Shown here piece by piece: positions 12,583-27,525 of a DNA stretch of 64,000 nt. Location of the stretch: the NCBI GenBank assembly GCA_951406725.2, contig OX597816.1, positions 140,120,001 through 140,184,000 of the forward strand. Direction: 5' to 3'. Position 1 is the first letter of the stretch; every line of letters starts with the position of its first letter. Made by a program: the position numbers and the translations under genes. Source of the DNA: Octopus vulgaris. Taxonomy: Eukaryota. The notes below the pieces were generated by a model, which worked only from the letters and a program-made list of their open reading frames with translations, searched no databases and was not told where the DNA came from.

Positions 12583-15152
12583 ATGATTTCTCTACCAATC
12601 ACCAACACAAATTCCACGCAAACTAAGAACTTTAATGACGAACTGTTTATCCTTACAGGACAAGCTTTTTATGAAATAAGGATTCAACAACATCAGCACG
12701 ACTCAAGTAATTTCTCTTTGAATTTTTTTCATAACATCATGGTAGAGAAAAGAATATTTCGTGGTGCGACGTGTGGAAATTATTCTTTAGAAGAAAAGCA
12801 AGCAATTGCTATCGTGGTGAACAAATGCAAAGAGGAGTATGATTATGAATTAGAGCGAATGAAAGGGAAAGCTCATTGGGATGCTAAAAGGATTCCATTT
12901 CCCAGACACCCTGGAACAGGGATATCTCGAAAAAAACAAGTTCGTTTGTTTTACTCGAATTTGGCCGGTGTCAAAAACTCTGATCGACTATTTGATTCTG
13001 CTGTGAAACGCAAGTATTTGAAAGGCGAAGTTGACAGCACTGAAAAACATCTAAAGAAACATTTCAGAGTCGCTAGAGGAGGTCGTAAAGTAAAAGCACC
13101 TGACGTGAGAGATGCCTGGTTTGAATGGTTTGTGGATGTTGGAACATCGCTGCATGCGAGATTTATCATAAGCTCTTTTCCTATTACAGGCTAAGAAATT
13201 CTATGAGGAGTGGATTTGCCAACACCCAGATACACCAACTGAAAAAAAGGCTTTGGTTTTCAAAAAGATGGATGAAAGGTTGGCAAAAAGAGTATGGAAT
13301 ATCACTGAAATTTCCAAACAAACGCATTTCAATCTCCAAAGAACTATGTGTTAATCGCATTCAGGATTATTTGAAGAACATATGAAGCGTGCGTCGTTAT
13401 TTCCTTCAAGATACGTTCGTCAAAGAAAACCATCATGTGTCTAGGGAACGTATCCGTGTTCACCCAGGTTAGCAATGATACCAAAACCAATCTTATCCCA
13501 GAGTTTGCATTTAAAGTAACTGGAAAAAGACCACCTCTACTAAATGCCCTGCGTACAATGAAATATCAATGGTCTCCTAAAGGCTCTTACAGATTAAAAC
13601 AACTGCTCCGTACTATTGAAAACCATCCAAGCTGATTCAATATATTTTCCCATGCAAACTTTGCTATTTATGTGCTCGATGATTACATATTGCATTTGAT
13701 GCCGAAGGTGAGAGACGCTCTCTGGAAAAGCGGTTATGTGTCAGTCATCGTCGGCAATGGTACCAGATTTGTTCAAGTTAACGACACACACTTGCACAAA
13801 CAACTGAAAGCAAAATATCGCGAAATAGAGAAAGTAAAGATACTGGAAAAATTAATTCAAACTCCGAATAAAGTACCCACGCCCAGTCGATCCGAGATGA
13901 TGCAGATGCTACATCAAGCACATGCAGATTGCAAGATTGATGTCAAAGCTGCTTTCAAGTCGACGTGGACCATAAGCACTTTCGATGGCTCTGAAGATGG
14001 CTCTGGTATCAGACTGAATCATGCACCTCGTCGGTCCGTCGATGCGAGAGTTTCGTCTAGAGATGATGTCAAAACCCTGCCCAAATATTTTTCAGAGTCA
14101 TTAAAACTTAATTCCACCGAAAGGGGTCAAGCGTGCAAACAATATTGAAGGCTCAGAACTATTTGATGACGACAGCATTGAGGAAAAAGCTGCTGAAAGT
14201 AAGTCGGAAGGTGAAGCGAGCCATCTGGCAATCTTTTGGAGGTCATTAACTCATCTGAAGAAATCCCCATGGAGGTTTCGCTGAAGCCAAAGCACGGTCG
14301 ACCAAACATGATGGCGGGAAGCTCTATTTCTCTTGTAGGAATCAGCAGTGATAATCAGGTTAATAAAGATGACCTGTTCCTTGAAAAAATACAGGTGTTG
14401 GATGAAAACGAGACCTGTACACTTTTCTTGCCATATCGAAGCAAACTCATGTCAACTGTCAGTGAATCTCGAGGATCCGTAAAGAAGTGGATATCGAAAC
14501 CGAGAAACCTGCAGAAGGACAGCGACGAAAAATCATGAGTCTATCATTTTATACCTATTTACAGAGTACTATGTTTTATTATGTATAGTATAATATATAC
14601 TGCAAGTTCACGAAACGGCAATTATACTCTTTTCAATGTGTTTTTTTTTCTTTTTAAGACGTGTTGCTTGTATCAATGTCTGTTTAGTTCACAGCATTAA
14701 AAAAAAATCCCATAATTACCATAATTGACAAATGTCTTATTTTTATTATACAAATGTCTATCTTAACTAAAGATAAACGTCTGAACGTCTGAAGCACACG
14801 TATATGCTAATTTTACTTGCTTCTTGTTAATTTCTTTTGCTTCGTACTGTTTCCCACCCACCCTTTTATTCCAACTCACCTGCTTCTATGAATTTAAGCA
14901 AATGTCCAACCCGCCCGCTTATTCCAACAACCCCACCTATTATTTAGGACCCAAGAGTAAATAACTGGTTTTAAAAAAATCAAGAGAGGCAACCTAGAAA
15001 ATTTTAAAATTTTATGCAGTTACTACTATACAATTACTGCTTTTCCACCCCTCACCTCCTGTTTATTCCAGCCCACCCGCTTATATGAATTAAAGCAAAT
15101 GTTCAACCCACCTGCTTATTCCATCCACCCCTATTATTTGGACCCGAGAGTA
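12583..15152 (+). mobile_element. pogo/Tigger-like DNA transposon: transposase pseudogene (12583-14538) with a duplicated 3' terminus
   Basis: CENP-B-type HTH (AWFEWF...; FSKRWMKGWQKEYGISL) and DDE_1 motifs (LDDY.LH, QVNDTHLHKQLK) lie across frameshifts. Terminal blocks ending ggaccc(a/g)agagta occur at ~14959 and ~15152. Confidence 0.75.
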
Positions 15153-15208
15153 CATTTGAGTGGTTAAGCAGCTGTTTTAACACCCATAAACATATGCATA
15201 TATATAGA

Positions 15209-16442
15209 CACAGACATCACAAAAGTAAATAGACACCCCATAAAACATCATTTTATGTTTATTCTAACTTGTAAAGGTTTATATTTTTATGTTTCAGGTT
15301 CTGTATGTGACTGTTTAATCATACCATGTATTAAAGAAGCTTTGGAACCGTCTGAATTTCAAAGAATCTGTATTGTGGGTCATTCTGAAGGTGGACATGG
15401 CGAAAAATCGAAGAAAACTTGGGGATCCCACTTTCTACTGTTAATAGAGTGATTGTGCAATTCCCCAGAGAGGAGAAGGAATCCGCATCACCTCGTACAG
15501 ATCAACCAGGGCCCTCTAACAGGATCCTTCTCTTTGTTAAGAGAAGTGTGGAGGATACTCCTTATTGCAAAGCCTCTGACATAGCAGAACAGGTTGATGT
15601 CAGTCCCAGAACAGCTGTCAGGTATCTCCACAAACTTGGTTACTATGGCAGGACAGCAAGAAGGAAGCCACTTCTTCGACCAGCTAACATCAAGCGAGAA
15701 AAGATTGAGCCAGTGAGATGTTGGAGAGGCCACTAGCATTTTGGGACACTGTCATATTATTTGATGAATCCAGATTTGTTGTATTTCCTGACAGTGGTAG
15801 AGTGTGGGTTTGGAGACTGTAATCAAGAATTTGACGCGAAAAGGTTGCAGCCAGCAATGAAACACGGCAACTATTCTCTGATAGTCTGGGAAGCAACTCT
15901 GGAGCAATGATTGATCAGAGTTGGTGGAGTGTGAGGGAAACATAAACTAAGATAAACATGTGTCCATATTGCAGAAAGGACTCCTTCCAGTCTTCCCCAG
16001 TGGTGAAATGATTAAAGAAAACTCTTTATTTATGGGAGACAGGGCTCCTTGTCACACGGCTAAAATGACCCAAGACTAGTTGGAAGAGAATGGTATTAAA
16101 AAGCTTCCATGGCCAAACCAGTCACCAGATGTAAACCCTATTGAACACCTCTAGGGCATAATGGACAAGAAACTTCATAAAAAGATCGAGAAAGTATCTT
16201 CAAAGACAGATCTTTGGAGATTACTGCATGAAACTTGGCAAGAAAATCCGCAAGAGAATATTTCGTCATCTGATCAGTAACATGCCTAATAGGGTCTTTG
16301 CATTGAAAAATGCAAAGGGTATGTCTACTAAATATTAAACATTCACATTATAACAATTAATAAATAATTTGAATGTATATTTTCAGAGTGAAATAAATTT
16401 TAATGATTATAAGGATGTCTATTTACTTCCGTCATGTCTCTG
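15209..16442 (+). mobile_element. Tc1 DNA transposon, full length, with decayed transposase
   Basis: TIRs are cacagacatcacaaaagtaaatagacaccc and ggatgtctatttacttccgtcatgtctctg. Motifs: STV.RV, GYYGRTARRKPLL, FDESRF, D.APCH, WPNQSPDVNPIEHL. Confidence 0.9.
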
Positions 16443-16679
16443 TGTGTGTACACACACACACACACCGCAGGCATGGTTGTGTGATATGAAGAATTTGTGT
16501 GAGTGTGTGTCTTTGTCTCTGTGTTTCTCCCCCATCTCTTTTTGACAACTGGTGGTGGTGTGTTTACGTCCCAGTTACCTAGAGGTTCGGCAAAAGAGAA
16601 CGATAGAATGAGCACCAGGCTTCCTTTCTTTACACGAAATGAGAGGATATATTGCGAAACTGTTATTTTAACGAGTTAT

Positions 16680-16777
16680 ATCACCCGAAGAGACACACCT
16701 GTAACGTCGGATGCTCCTGAACTAGTATCCCAGCGATGAGGGATCGATGCTAGATGTGTCGAAACAATTGTCTTGAT
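16680..16777 (+). ncRNA. Type I hammerhead-like motif with long stem II (PLE pLTR remnant); core U4C mutated
   Basis: atcac-CCGAAGA-gacacacctg...tagatgtgtc-GAAAC aatt GTC-ttgat. Confidence 0.6.
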
Positions 16778-16884
16778 TATTAAAAACTCAGGTATCTTTC
16801 ATCTTCCGCCTTTCATTTACCATATTACATACCGAACATTGTGAAAGTAACCGTGCTTTACCAATAAGCTGCCATTTGTTTTAT

Positions 16885-16943
<59 letters not shown>

Positions 16944-17355
16944 ACCAAATAAGTTAGGGGTTGTGGATCCAACCCACTAAGGGATAATACTTATCCAATA
17001 TACTGTTGGTATACTACCCAAATTATTAATACACAAGTGTTTTTAATTGCAATGCAATGAAGTCACTTATTGTATTAAATGAGTGTAGGTAAAGAAATAT
17101 TTTACCATTAATTTATATAGGCACAGAAAATTACTCTTTTCCATAGGCTGAAACAGCTGTAAGGAATTTTAATGCTTCTAACTATTTATATTAAAGTTTT
17201 TTTAAAATAAATATTTGTAATATTATCTTAAATGTATTGAATTTTATACTGTATATATGTATCTTATTATGGCTGTAGTTTTGTTAATTAAATAAGACGA
17301 CATTCTAATATCCTAAAGCTGATAAACCAACTAATGTGTTTCCCCATTTTCTTAT

Positions 17356-17536
<181 letters not shown>

Positions 17537-18326
17537 TATATATGCATATATGCTTTTTTTGCAAGCAACGAAAGAAACAAACGGAAAACAAGACAAGCAA
17601 CGCAAGGAACTACCCTTCATCAGTTGTCGGCTGTTTTTCTAGTCCACATTTCGAGCAATTCACGATAAGATACGCCTTCGATAAAACAGTTGCTCCCGCA
17701 AGGCAAATTAAATAAAATTTGCGATCTTGCGGAGGGTCGAAATGGTGACAAAAACAGGAGAGTGAAAACAAACAGGAAGGGCTGCTAAGCCTAAACGAGA
17801 TTGTGGTGGCGAACGCGAAGAAACAGGCCTGGACAGGAGACAGAGAACAATACGTCTTCTCTGCCGAGCTGAAACAGGAAGAAAGAAACACAAGTTAGGA
17901 GAATAGCCGGTTGTCACGTGGCGGTCACGTGAGCAAAGGAGAAAGAGTGAGGGAGAAAGTGACAGACAGAAAACTGTGAAGGGAGGGGAAAAGATTTCCT
18001 TCTCCTAGTAAGCTTTCTCTTTACTATTTTTCTCTCTACTCACACTATTCTATTCTTTTACTCTTTCGTTTTCTCCTTTCCTTTCTCTTATTCTTTTACC
18101 TCCTCTTCTCCCACTATTCTATCCCTTTACTCTGTCGTTTTCTCTCTTTTGTTAAAGCAAAACAACTGCATTCAATTTGGTTAAGAACTGGATTAGTGAT
18201 GAAGCATAGAGTTGCTCGCGTGTAACTAAAAGTTGACCATAAGAATATATTCACTCACTGCTGTAGGCGAATGATATATGTATGTGTGCATATATGTATG
18301 TGCATGTATCTATGCATGTTTGTATG

Positions 18327-18395
<69 letters not shown>

Positions 18396-18669
18396 TTTTA
18401 ATTTCTCTTGGCTTTTATTCCATAAGATGGAGTAATCGTCGAAGTTTCTTTTCCAGTTTCCCTGTATATATTTGAAGAAAGAGTTTCAATATTTTTGTAG
18501 TGATATTTTGTAGTGATATTTCTAGATGCCCCACAACTAGATTTGCAAAGAAGGGGTCCCTTTTCGTCCCCGTTCCAATCCCAGATTTTTGTTGAAAATG
18601 TCATTGAACATAAATTAGTCATTTTCTAGAGTATAATATATATGAGTGTGTGTATATATATATACACAC

Positions 18670-18874
18670 TTTTTACTCTTTTACTTGTTTCAGTCATTTG
18701 ACTTGACCATGCTGGAGTACCGTGTTTAGTCGAGAAAATCGACCCCAGGACTTATTCTTTGTAACCCTAGTACTTATTCTATCGGTGTTCTTTGTCGAAC
18801 CGTTAAGTTACGGGGACGTGAGCACATCAGCATGGGTTGTCAAGCGATGTTTGGGGGACAAACACAGACACACA

Positions 18875-18928
<54 letters not shown>

Positions 18929-19095
18929 CACGACGGGATTCTTTCAGTTTCCGTTTACCAAATCCACTCACAGTGCTTTGGTCGGCCCGAGGCTATAGTA
19001 GAAGACACTTGTCCAAGGTGCCACACAGTGGGATTTAACCTGGAACCATGTGGTTCGTAAACACGCTACTTACCACACAGCCACTCTTACGCCTA
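18670..19095 (-). mobile_element. tRNA-derived SINE, family A, with internal microsatellite
   Basis: Reverse-complement match to the young copy at 45512-45935; tail (agtaaaag)n. Confidence 0.9.
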
Positions 19096-19268
19096 TCCCC
19101 CCACCCACACACACATGTGTCACTCCATATGAACGTATATAAGACACGTGTATGTGATTGTGTGAACATATATCTAAGAACGAAGTTAAAACGGATGTAA
19201 AAAAAATTGGTTTAAATATGCATATCTGTACACAAACACGTGTCTGTAAGTATGTAAGTATGTATGCA

Positions 19269-20377
19269 CTAGCTTAAAAGCTGTCCTCCTATGGAGGGCT
19301 CTTCATTGAGCCTTGGGCCCAACAATGACACTTCATGCATTGAGTACATATTAAATTTTATCAAACTTGAAAAATATTTTTCAAGCAATGAACAATTTTC
19401 ATCAAAACAATATAATTTGTCGACTTGGAACTTATTGCAGAGCTGCATGATAGACAACATTTTTTTGTCTTCCCATTCGGATTCAGTAGAAATAGCTTGC
19501 TTCCATTCCCTATCCTTAAACAACCAGCATGTAGCTGGCCGTAGGCAACAATAAACTTATCTTTTAAAAGTTCAGCGATAATTCTTCTGCCGCCACTTAA
19601 TTTAAAGAAATTCGATGTATGTAGGGCATTACTTTTCGTACAAACAATTATTTGTAGTAGCTGGTACGTATCTAAAATCGTGTTCGTAGTTTGAAGGAAA
19701 ATTACACCACTGTTGCTAAACATTATTTTAAAGTTTGATTTTTATGGTTCGGAATTGTTCTAAGCGTATTTGACAATAAGAATGTTTGAAATTTATTATT
19801 TTTAAGGTAATAATAAAATTAGTCGAATTTTTTTTTCATGCAGTAAGAGTCGCTAAGTTTCCATAGCTCCGACGACCGACGGCATGGAAATAGGTCCGAC
19901 AAATTTTATTAATATCTGAAAAAAATACTAAGTTTCCAACATTTTTATAGTAGTGAGTTATGAGAGGTAATATTGTATGAGAGAGAGTGAGATTTCAATA
20001 CATATTTCAATACCGAACGTTATGAAGCACATGTTATGGTTAAATAACTTGAAACAGTTATAGTATTTAGAGAAGAAGTTTTTCAAAATATTTATTTTGG
20101 AAATTACTTTTAGAAATAGTTATAGTATTTAAGAGAAATATTTGTTCAAAATGTTAGGATGAAGAAAAAAACCAAGAATGAAGAATAGTAGAAAAGTCAT
20201 TGAATAGTGAGAGAGGGGTAAAACATGAGGAATTGTAGAAGTGTCATTGAATAATGAGCGGGGGTTAAAATATGAGGAATAGTAGAAGTGTCATTGAATA
20301 GGGAGAGAGCGGGTTGGAGGAGTAAAGCTGAAAAAGTGTAACACACTGGCATTCGCTTACGCATTTACTATTATAGA
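19269..20377 (-). mobile_element. Non-autonomous Helitron
   Basis: The minus strand begins A|TCTATAATAGTAAA at 20377 and ends with the hairpin cctcc-ata-ggagg followed by CTAG|T at 19269. It has an A/T target and no TSD. Confidence 0.65.
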
Positions 20378-20382
20378 TGTAT

Positions 20383-20590
20383 AAGACGACGAGCTGGCAG
20401 AATCGCTAGCACGCCGGGCGAAATACTTAGTTCTGCTACATTCTGAGTTCAAATTTCGCCGAGGTTGACTTTGCCTTTCATCCTTTCAGGGTTGATAAAT
20501 TAAGTACCAGTTAAGTCCTGGGGTCGATTTAATCGACTTGCCCCTTCCCCCAAAATTTCAGGTCTTGTGCCTACAGTAGAAGAGATTATT
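20383..20590 (+). mobile_element. tRNA-derived SINE, family B
   Basis: gagctggcagaa...gagttcaaat...gcctttcatcctttc.gggt.gataaattaagtaccag, the same as 52459-52688. Confidence 0.85.
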
Positions 20591-21086
20591 TTAAATGTAT
20601 GTATGTATGCGTGGCGTGAAGAGGATGATGGCAGTGTCTTCGTGTCGGAAGATCTTTAGGAAGCGCAATACACCAACAAGTGGGGTATGTAAGCTACTCC
20701 TTGATTCTGCAGGGCTTTTCTTCCTGCTTGTGCATACTAGTTTCAAATTGAGAGTCAGTCCGTGCAATCCGATCCTACTCTTCAAATTTGTAAGTCGGAC
20801 CACAGTGGCTGAGGGAGCAAGGACCCCTGCAGTGACAAAAGTTGTAAGTTTGACATTGGAGTGGACATGTTTAGGGCGAATTGCTTTAGAAGACTGGAGA
20901 GCTCCTACCCTGGAGGTGACGGAAGGGTGTGTATGAGCAATACTGGTACTGAATAGCTTTAGGGACGTATATTTTCTTTCTGTCAGTTGAAAAATTGCTT
21001 ACAAGCCACCCTTATTATTTATTTGAGTGTGTGTGTGTGTGTGTGTGCATGCATGAGTGTGTGCGTAGAGAGAGAGAGAGAGAGAG

Positions 21087-21237
<151 letters not shown>

Positions 21238-21329
21238 ATCTCATGTAGATATTGAGAGAAATAGGGGACTATTTTGGTAGATACAATACGCAGAGACAGG
21301 CAGAAATAATATAAAACGGTGGTTTATAA

Positions 21330-21545
21330 TATCCTTTCTGATGTAGACACAAAGCCTGAAATTTTTGGGTGGCGGGAGGGAGTAGCCGATTACACCGACT
21401 CCGGTGTTCCACTGGTACTTAATTTATCAACGTCGAAAGGCATATTCGACCTCGGCGAAATTTGAACTCAGAATGTAAAGACGGACGAAATGTCGCTAAG
21501 CATTTTGTCCGGCGTGTTAACGACTCTGCCAGCTCACTGACTTGG
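21330..21545 (-). mobile_element. SINE family B, degenerate
   Basis: Reverse-complement similarity to 52459-52688. Confidence 0.75.
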
Positions 21546-21961
21546 ATAGTTTATTATATCGACAATTAAGTTTGAAATGTTGGGTCATTTCATTACATTT
21601 GAGTCGCTATGTATGATGCGTTGGAAGAATTCATGAAATACTGAGAGATTGGTGTGACAGGCGAAATTCATTTCCTCTATTCAGAATTTATTCCGGCACA
21701 AAGAAATGAAACGACATATATAGCATTAAAAATGATTTTTATATCAATATATTTTTAGTAACAACAACGTGCATTTAGGATAACAGTTTGGTATTATTTA
21801 TACCTATTTTAGTGTATCCGGGTATATTAGAACAAGAAGTCACATGTTCCATATGTTAACAATGAAAACGGAAGTAATTTTTCAGAAGTGATACTTTATT
21901 GCTGATCGTTAGTCTTCTCAGGGTAGTAACATTTATGAGCAAATACATAGATGCACACATA

Positions 21962-22055
<94 letters not shown>

Positions 22056-22216
22056 TGTGTGTGTGTATGTGTATGTATTTACATACCATACCGTGACGGT
22101 TGTACACATGTGCTTTCTTTTTCTTCTCCTTTTTCTCTTCTCGTCTAACCTTTCTTTCAGAAGAGTGTTTTATATGTACACGAACATGTGACTGTAAGTA
22201 TGTATGTATGTATGCA

Positions 22217-22392
22217 CTAGATTAAAAGCCGCCCTCCTGGGTGCTTCGTAATTATTAAGATAAAACTTACTTGGAAAAGGATGCGTGACGTTCGATCATA
22301 TAAAAATAGAAATAATATATAAATATATGCATATATACATACATATATGTACATACCTACATATATATGATTTATATTATATATATATATAT

Positions 22393-22442
<50 letters not shown>

Positions 22443-22523
22443 ATATAATATACGTTTATATACACACACACATACACACACACAAATATATAAAAACACT
22501 ACGCTCATTATTATATTAGGAGA
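22217..22523 (-). mobile_element. Mini-Helitron (~300 bp, microsatellite-filled)
   Basis: 5' end A|TCTCCTAATATAATAATG; 3' GC-rich hairpin region followed by CTAG|T, similar to the 3' end at 19269. Confidence 0.55.
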
Positions 22524-22619
22524 TTAAACTGAAAATTTTGGTAATTTTAACCAATCGTATACGTCATGTATTTGTGTAGATCATTAAGATATGTGCGTGC
22601 GGGCGCGTGTATGTGTGTC

Positions 22620-24030
22620 TGTGCGTCTTGTGTCATTGCACAGCTTTGGTTGAGAAACGTTGCACAGAAGTATGATTGGAGCGCCTATTTTCAATGGAAG
22701 GCAATGAGGAGGAGCTCCTGGTGGCTGCACTGAGTTTAAGAACTCAACCAGGTTATTGACTATTTCCGACTCATCTACAACAGAGTCTATAGATTTGTAG
22801 GTATGGTAAAAGTTTCGCGAATCTTTCATTTGAATTATTCACAGTAACGTTCTTTGGTGCTATGGTTACTCTTTCGCTCTACCAAGCAGCATTTGTGTAA
22901 TTTGAAATTATACTTGGGAAAAACTTTTTCAATAAGTTCCTCAAACGAACTGACTTGATGGATTCAAGTCACCTTCATGATTGATGTCTAGCCTTCCTTC
23001 AAGTTGTAAGATAGTATGGGCAAGTTGTTCCGACATGCAAGTGTGCCCTCATATTTGTAGAAAGCTCTAACATTTTGATACGTTTCCATAAAATAGAAGA
23101 TTTCAAGCATGCTTTCAGTTCATCCACCTTTCCCCCGAGAATCACTGGCAAAGTTTGTCTGAAATCACCTGAAAGCATTACTGTCACACCTTGCATCAAA
23201 CAATTGGGATTGCGCAAATCCTGCAACATTCTATTTACAGCTTCAACTGATTTTTATGGGACACTGTAGCTTCGTCCCATATGATCAAAGAACATTTCAT
23301 GAGAACTTGAGCTGAAGAACTTTTACTAATATTGCAGACAGGTTCATCATTTGAAGTTAGATTGGATGGCAGCTTGAATGCTACGTGAGCTGTTCGATCT
23401 CCTGGGAGTACAGTCGCTGCAATTCCAGAGCTCGCTACAGCTAACCCATTTCCCTTTTCTGCCAGATTTTGGCTAGCACTAAATTTGTAACAAAAGTATT
23501 TCCAGTTCCTCCTGGTGCGTCTAAAAAATATAATCTTTCTTATGTATCACTTGGTCAATGATTGTAGTATATGCAAAAGTTTCGGGACATTTTCTTCAAG
23601 GAATCTTGTAAATGAATCATTATTGTATGAAGTTCCTCGCAAAACTTCTGTGACCAAATTATTCATGTCATTTCGATGAGTTTCACGTAAGCCAAACTTG
23701 CTGAGCTCCTCTCCTCCCATTGAGACAACGCGATCTTCAATATCAACCAATGTAGAATTATGTCATCGTTGAATGCTATTTCTCTCTCAGGGAATCTTAA
23801 TCGTGCTTGATATTCGTAGTCTTCTAATAAATCATTCTTATATTTGTGCCACAACGCTAATGGATTCCTTACTTCACAATTCAGGTGAAAAATTGCAAAA
23901 AGATCTCTCAAAGAAATAGGTGTGTGTAACACTGAAGCCTCAGCCATTGTCCTGTCCTATTGATTGTCATCTAACAAATTTAAGGCTAAACCGGCTTCTT
24001 TATAAGTACAAACAGTTTGACCATCAATCT
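22620..24030 (-). pseudogene. Helitron Rep/Hel fragment (PIF1-family helicase), multiply disrupted
   Basis: Motifs LRDLFAI...C....P..LW, FLDAPGGTG, A.SSGIAAT.L.G.RTAH..FKLP, IIWDEA, LSGDFRQTLPVI, L..NMR, PPH.L.LK.GAPIILL.N. Confidence 0.92.
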
Positions 24031-24102
24031 TAGGAAGAAGGAAGTCAGTCCTCTTATTTCATGGAAAAAGCAATATAGAGATTATTACAGTTATACACAC
24101 GC

Positions 24103-24152
<50 letters not shown>

Positions 24153-24769
24153 ACATACACACAACGATTCATGTATGTCGTTATATTACACATTTATTAC
24201 TTCAGAAGAGTGCCCCACCGAATTTGTTTCTTCCTATGTTTAGAGAAAATGGGTATTTTCAAATGAAAAGTTGTACAAAAATGCTGAAGTGAGATAGGAA
24301 AATGACAGCTGACCTCTTAAATTCTGATGTTGAATACTTGAATCAAAGAAAAAATGTTGGAGTGAAATCTAAATTACGGTTTCTATTCTGAAGGCAAGCA
24401 GGAAATAAAATGAAAGTGATCTTCTACGGCTTCTATTGTGAAGGTAGGCAGCGAAAAAAAAAAGAAAACTGATCTTTCACAGATATAAATATAGAATGAA
24501 TGTAAAATGATACTTATTAAGTAATACTTATAGCAATATGAAGTTATGGAGCTAATTACAATCATACACGCACACACACGTTATTATCTGTGTCATTATA
24601 TTACTCATATGACATACCTACAGAAGAGCGCCCCATCGTATTTTTAAATAATATGAAGAAAAATAATAATCCTATAAAAATTATATCCCTTAAACAGGTT
24701 ATTTATTTTTAATTTGGTTTAATTTGGTTTTCCAACAATCCTCCTCAAATCATGCAGACGTGGCCTGAA

Positions 24770-26280
24770 TAAACCACAACAGATTCTCTTCCAGAGTTTT
24801 CTAGCAAATGGCAAACTGTCAAGCAAACTGAAGGAGGAAATATTATGCCCAATCCAAAGAAGGAAGCAGAGGAGATACCGAAAATTATAGGCCTGTCTCT
24901 CTGACTTCACACGTCAGAAAAGTGATAGAACGAATAGTTAGAAGGAAGCTAATCGTATTCCTTGAAGAAAACGACTTACTGAGTGATACCCAATGCGGTT
25001 TTCAAACAGGTAGGAGCTGTCTGACACAACTCCTACAACACTGTGACTGGGTGTTGACGCAATTACTCGATTACTCAAATGCGAACGTAATATACCTTGA
25101 CTTTGCAAGACCTTTTGATAAAGTTGATCATGATATGACATGCCGCAAACTGCGCGATTTTGGCATAGCAGGAACACTTGGAGAGTGGTTACATGGCTTT
25201 CTGAAAGATAGCAGTCAGGCACTGGTGGCCAATGGAGCGACCTCAAAGGAAACACAAATAATGAGCTATATTCCACAGGGCACTGTCTTTTTGTAGTGGC
25301 CCTCTCAGATATGCCTTCAGCTGCCCGGATACCCACACTTGCTAGCTTCGCCGACGATACGAAAGTCTCGCAGAAAATACAGAATCCTCGCGATTTTACT
25401 TGCAGCAGGAGTTGGACGCAATTTACAGATATGCTGAAGACAATAACATGCAGCTTAATGCTGGAAAATTCCAGGCCCTGCGCTACCAGCACCCAGAACT
25501 GAACGAAAAACTTACAGGGTACACTGATCCAGTGGGGATTACAATCCCAGAAACTAAATCAGTGCGTGACCTGTGTATCGACATGAGTGATGATACCTCT
25601 TTCCAAGTGCACATTACCAAGATGGCGACAAAGTGCAGACGGCTGCCTTAGATCTTGAGAACCTCGTAAACTAGAGAGAAGGAAACCATGATGGTCCTCT
25701 GGAGGATATTCGTCCTCAGCCGCCTGAACTACTGCTCCCAACTATGGTCACCCCACAATGTGAAACTAACAGCAGACATTGAAGCAATCCAGCGAATCTT
25801 CACAAAAAAGATCGTCTCATTGCAACAGCTCAGCTACTGGGAAAGGCTAAAACAACTAAAACTCTACTCCATGGAGCGAAGGCGTGAAAGATATGCAGTG
25901 ATATACATCAGGAAGATCCTGGAAGGGATTGTGCTAAATTTTGGTATTAAAAGCTACACAGATGCCAGAATGGGTCACCACTGCACAGTGCCAAAAATCT
26001 CAACAATACCGTCATGCTTCAGGACCAATTACTGCAACAGCCTGGTTTTCAAGGGCCTACAGCTTTTTAATATTCTCCCAAAGAGCCTGAGGGACCTACA
26101 CAAAGGGAATGTAGGTGTTTTCAAAACAAAACTGGATCTCTTCCTGTCGAGAGTCCTAGATGAACTCCCTTATTGACCAAATTCCACACATCAGAGGAGG
26201 CTCTCAATAATAATAGTGTAGCGAAACGGTGGTGACCCAGCATGACCTCTACTTTGAGCTGAAACCGATAAACATAAAGT
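24770..26280 (+). mobile_element. CR1-type LINE, 5'-truncated RT with 3' UTR, decayed
   Basis: Motifs NYRP.SLTS, Q.GF..GRSCLTQLL, YLDFA..FDKVDH, PQG, FADDTK, L.YCSQLWSP, Y.ERLK.L.LYS.E.RR.R. Confidence 0.93.
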
Positions 26281-26539
26281 GGTATGTTAATCCGATAAAA
26301 ATTATATCCCTTAATCTCTTCATTTATTTTTGAAATGCGATTTTGTACATGTTGTAAAAGGGACAGTAGCTTCTCTCGGAGGGCAGTTAGTGACTCGGGA
26401 CCACTTCCATTGTCTTAATCGTGAACTTTTTACACAAGAATTAGCTTTTAGTTTTTATATCTACGCTGTAGTTTTCCTTCCTATTGGCGGACAGACAGAC
26501 AGACACACACATCCATTTCAGCGCTTCAAAACCAAACTT

Positions 26540-27525
<986 letters not shown>

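Noticed and set aside
17600-17630. CTGATGA hammerhead 5' half on the minus strand
   Set aside because: No matching GAAA/stem III/stem I partner could be found before the microsatellite.
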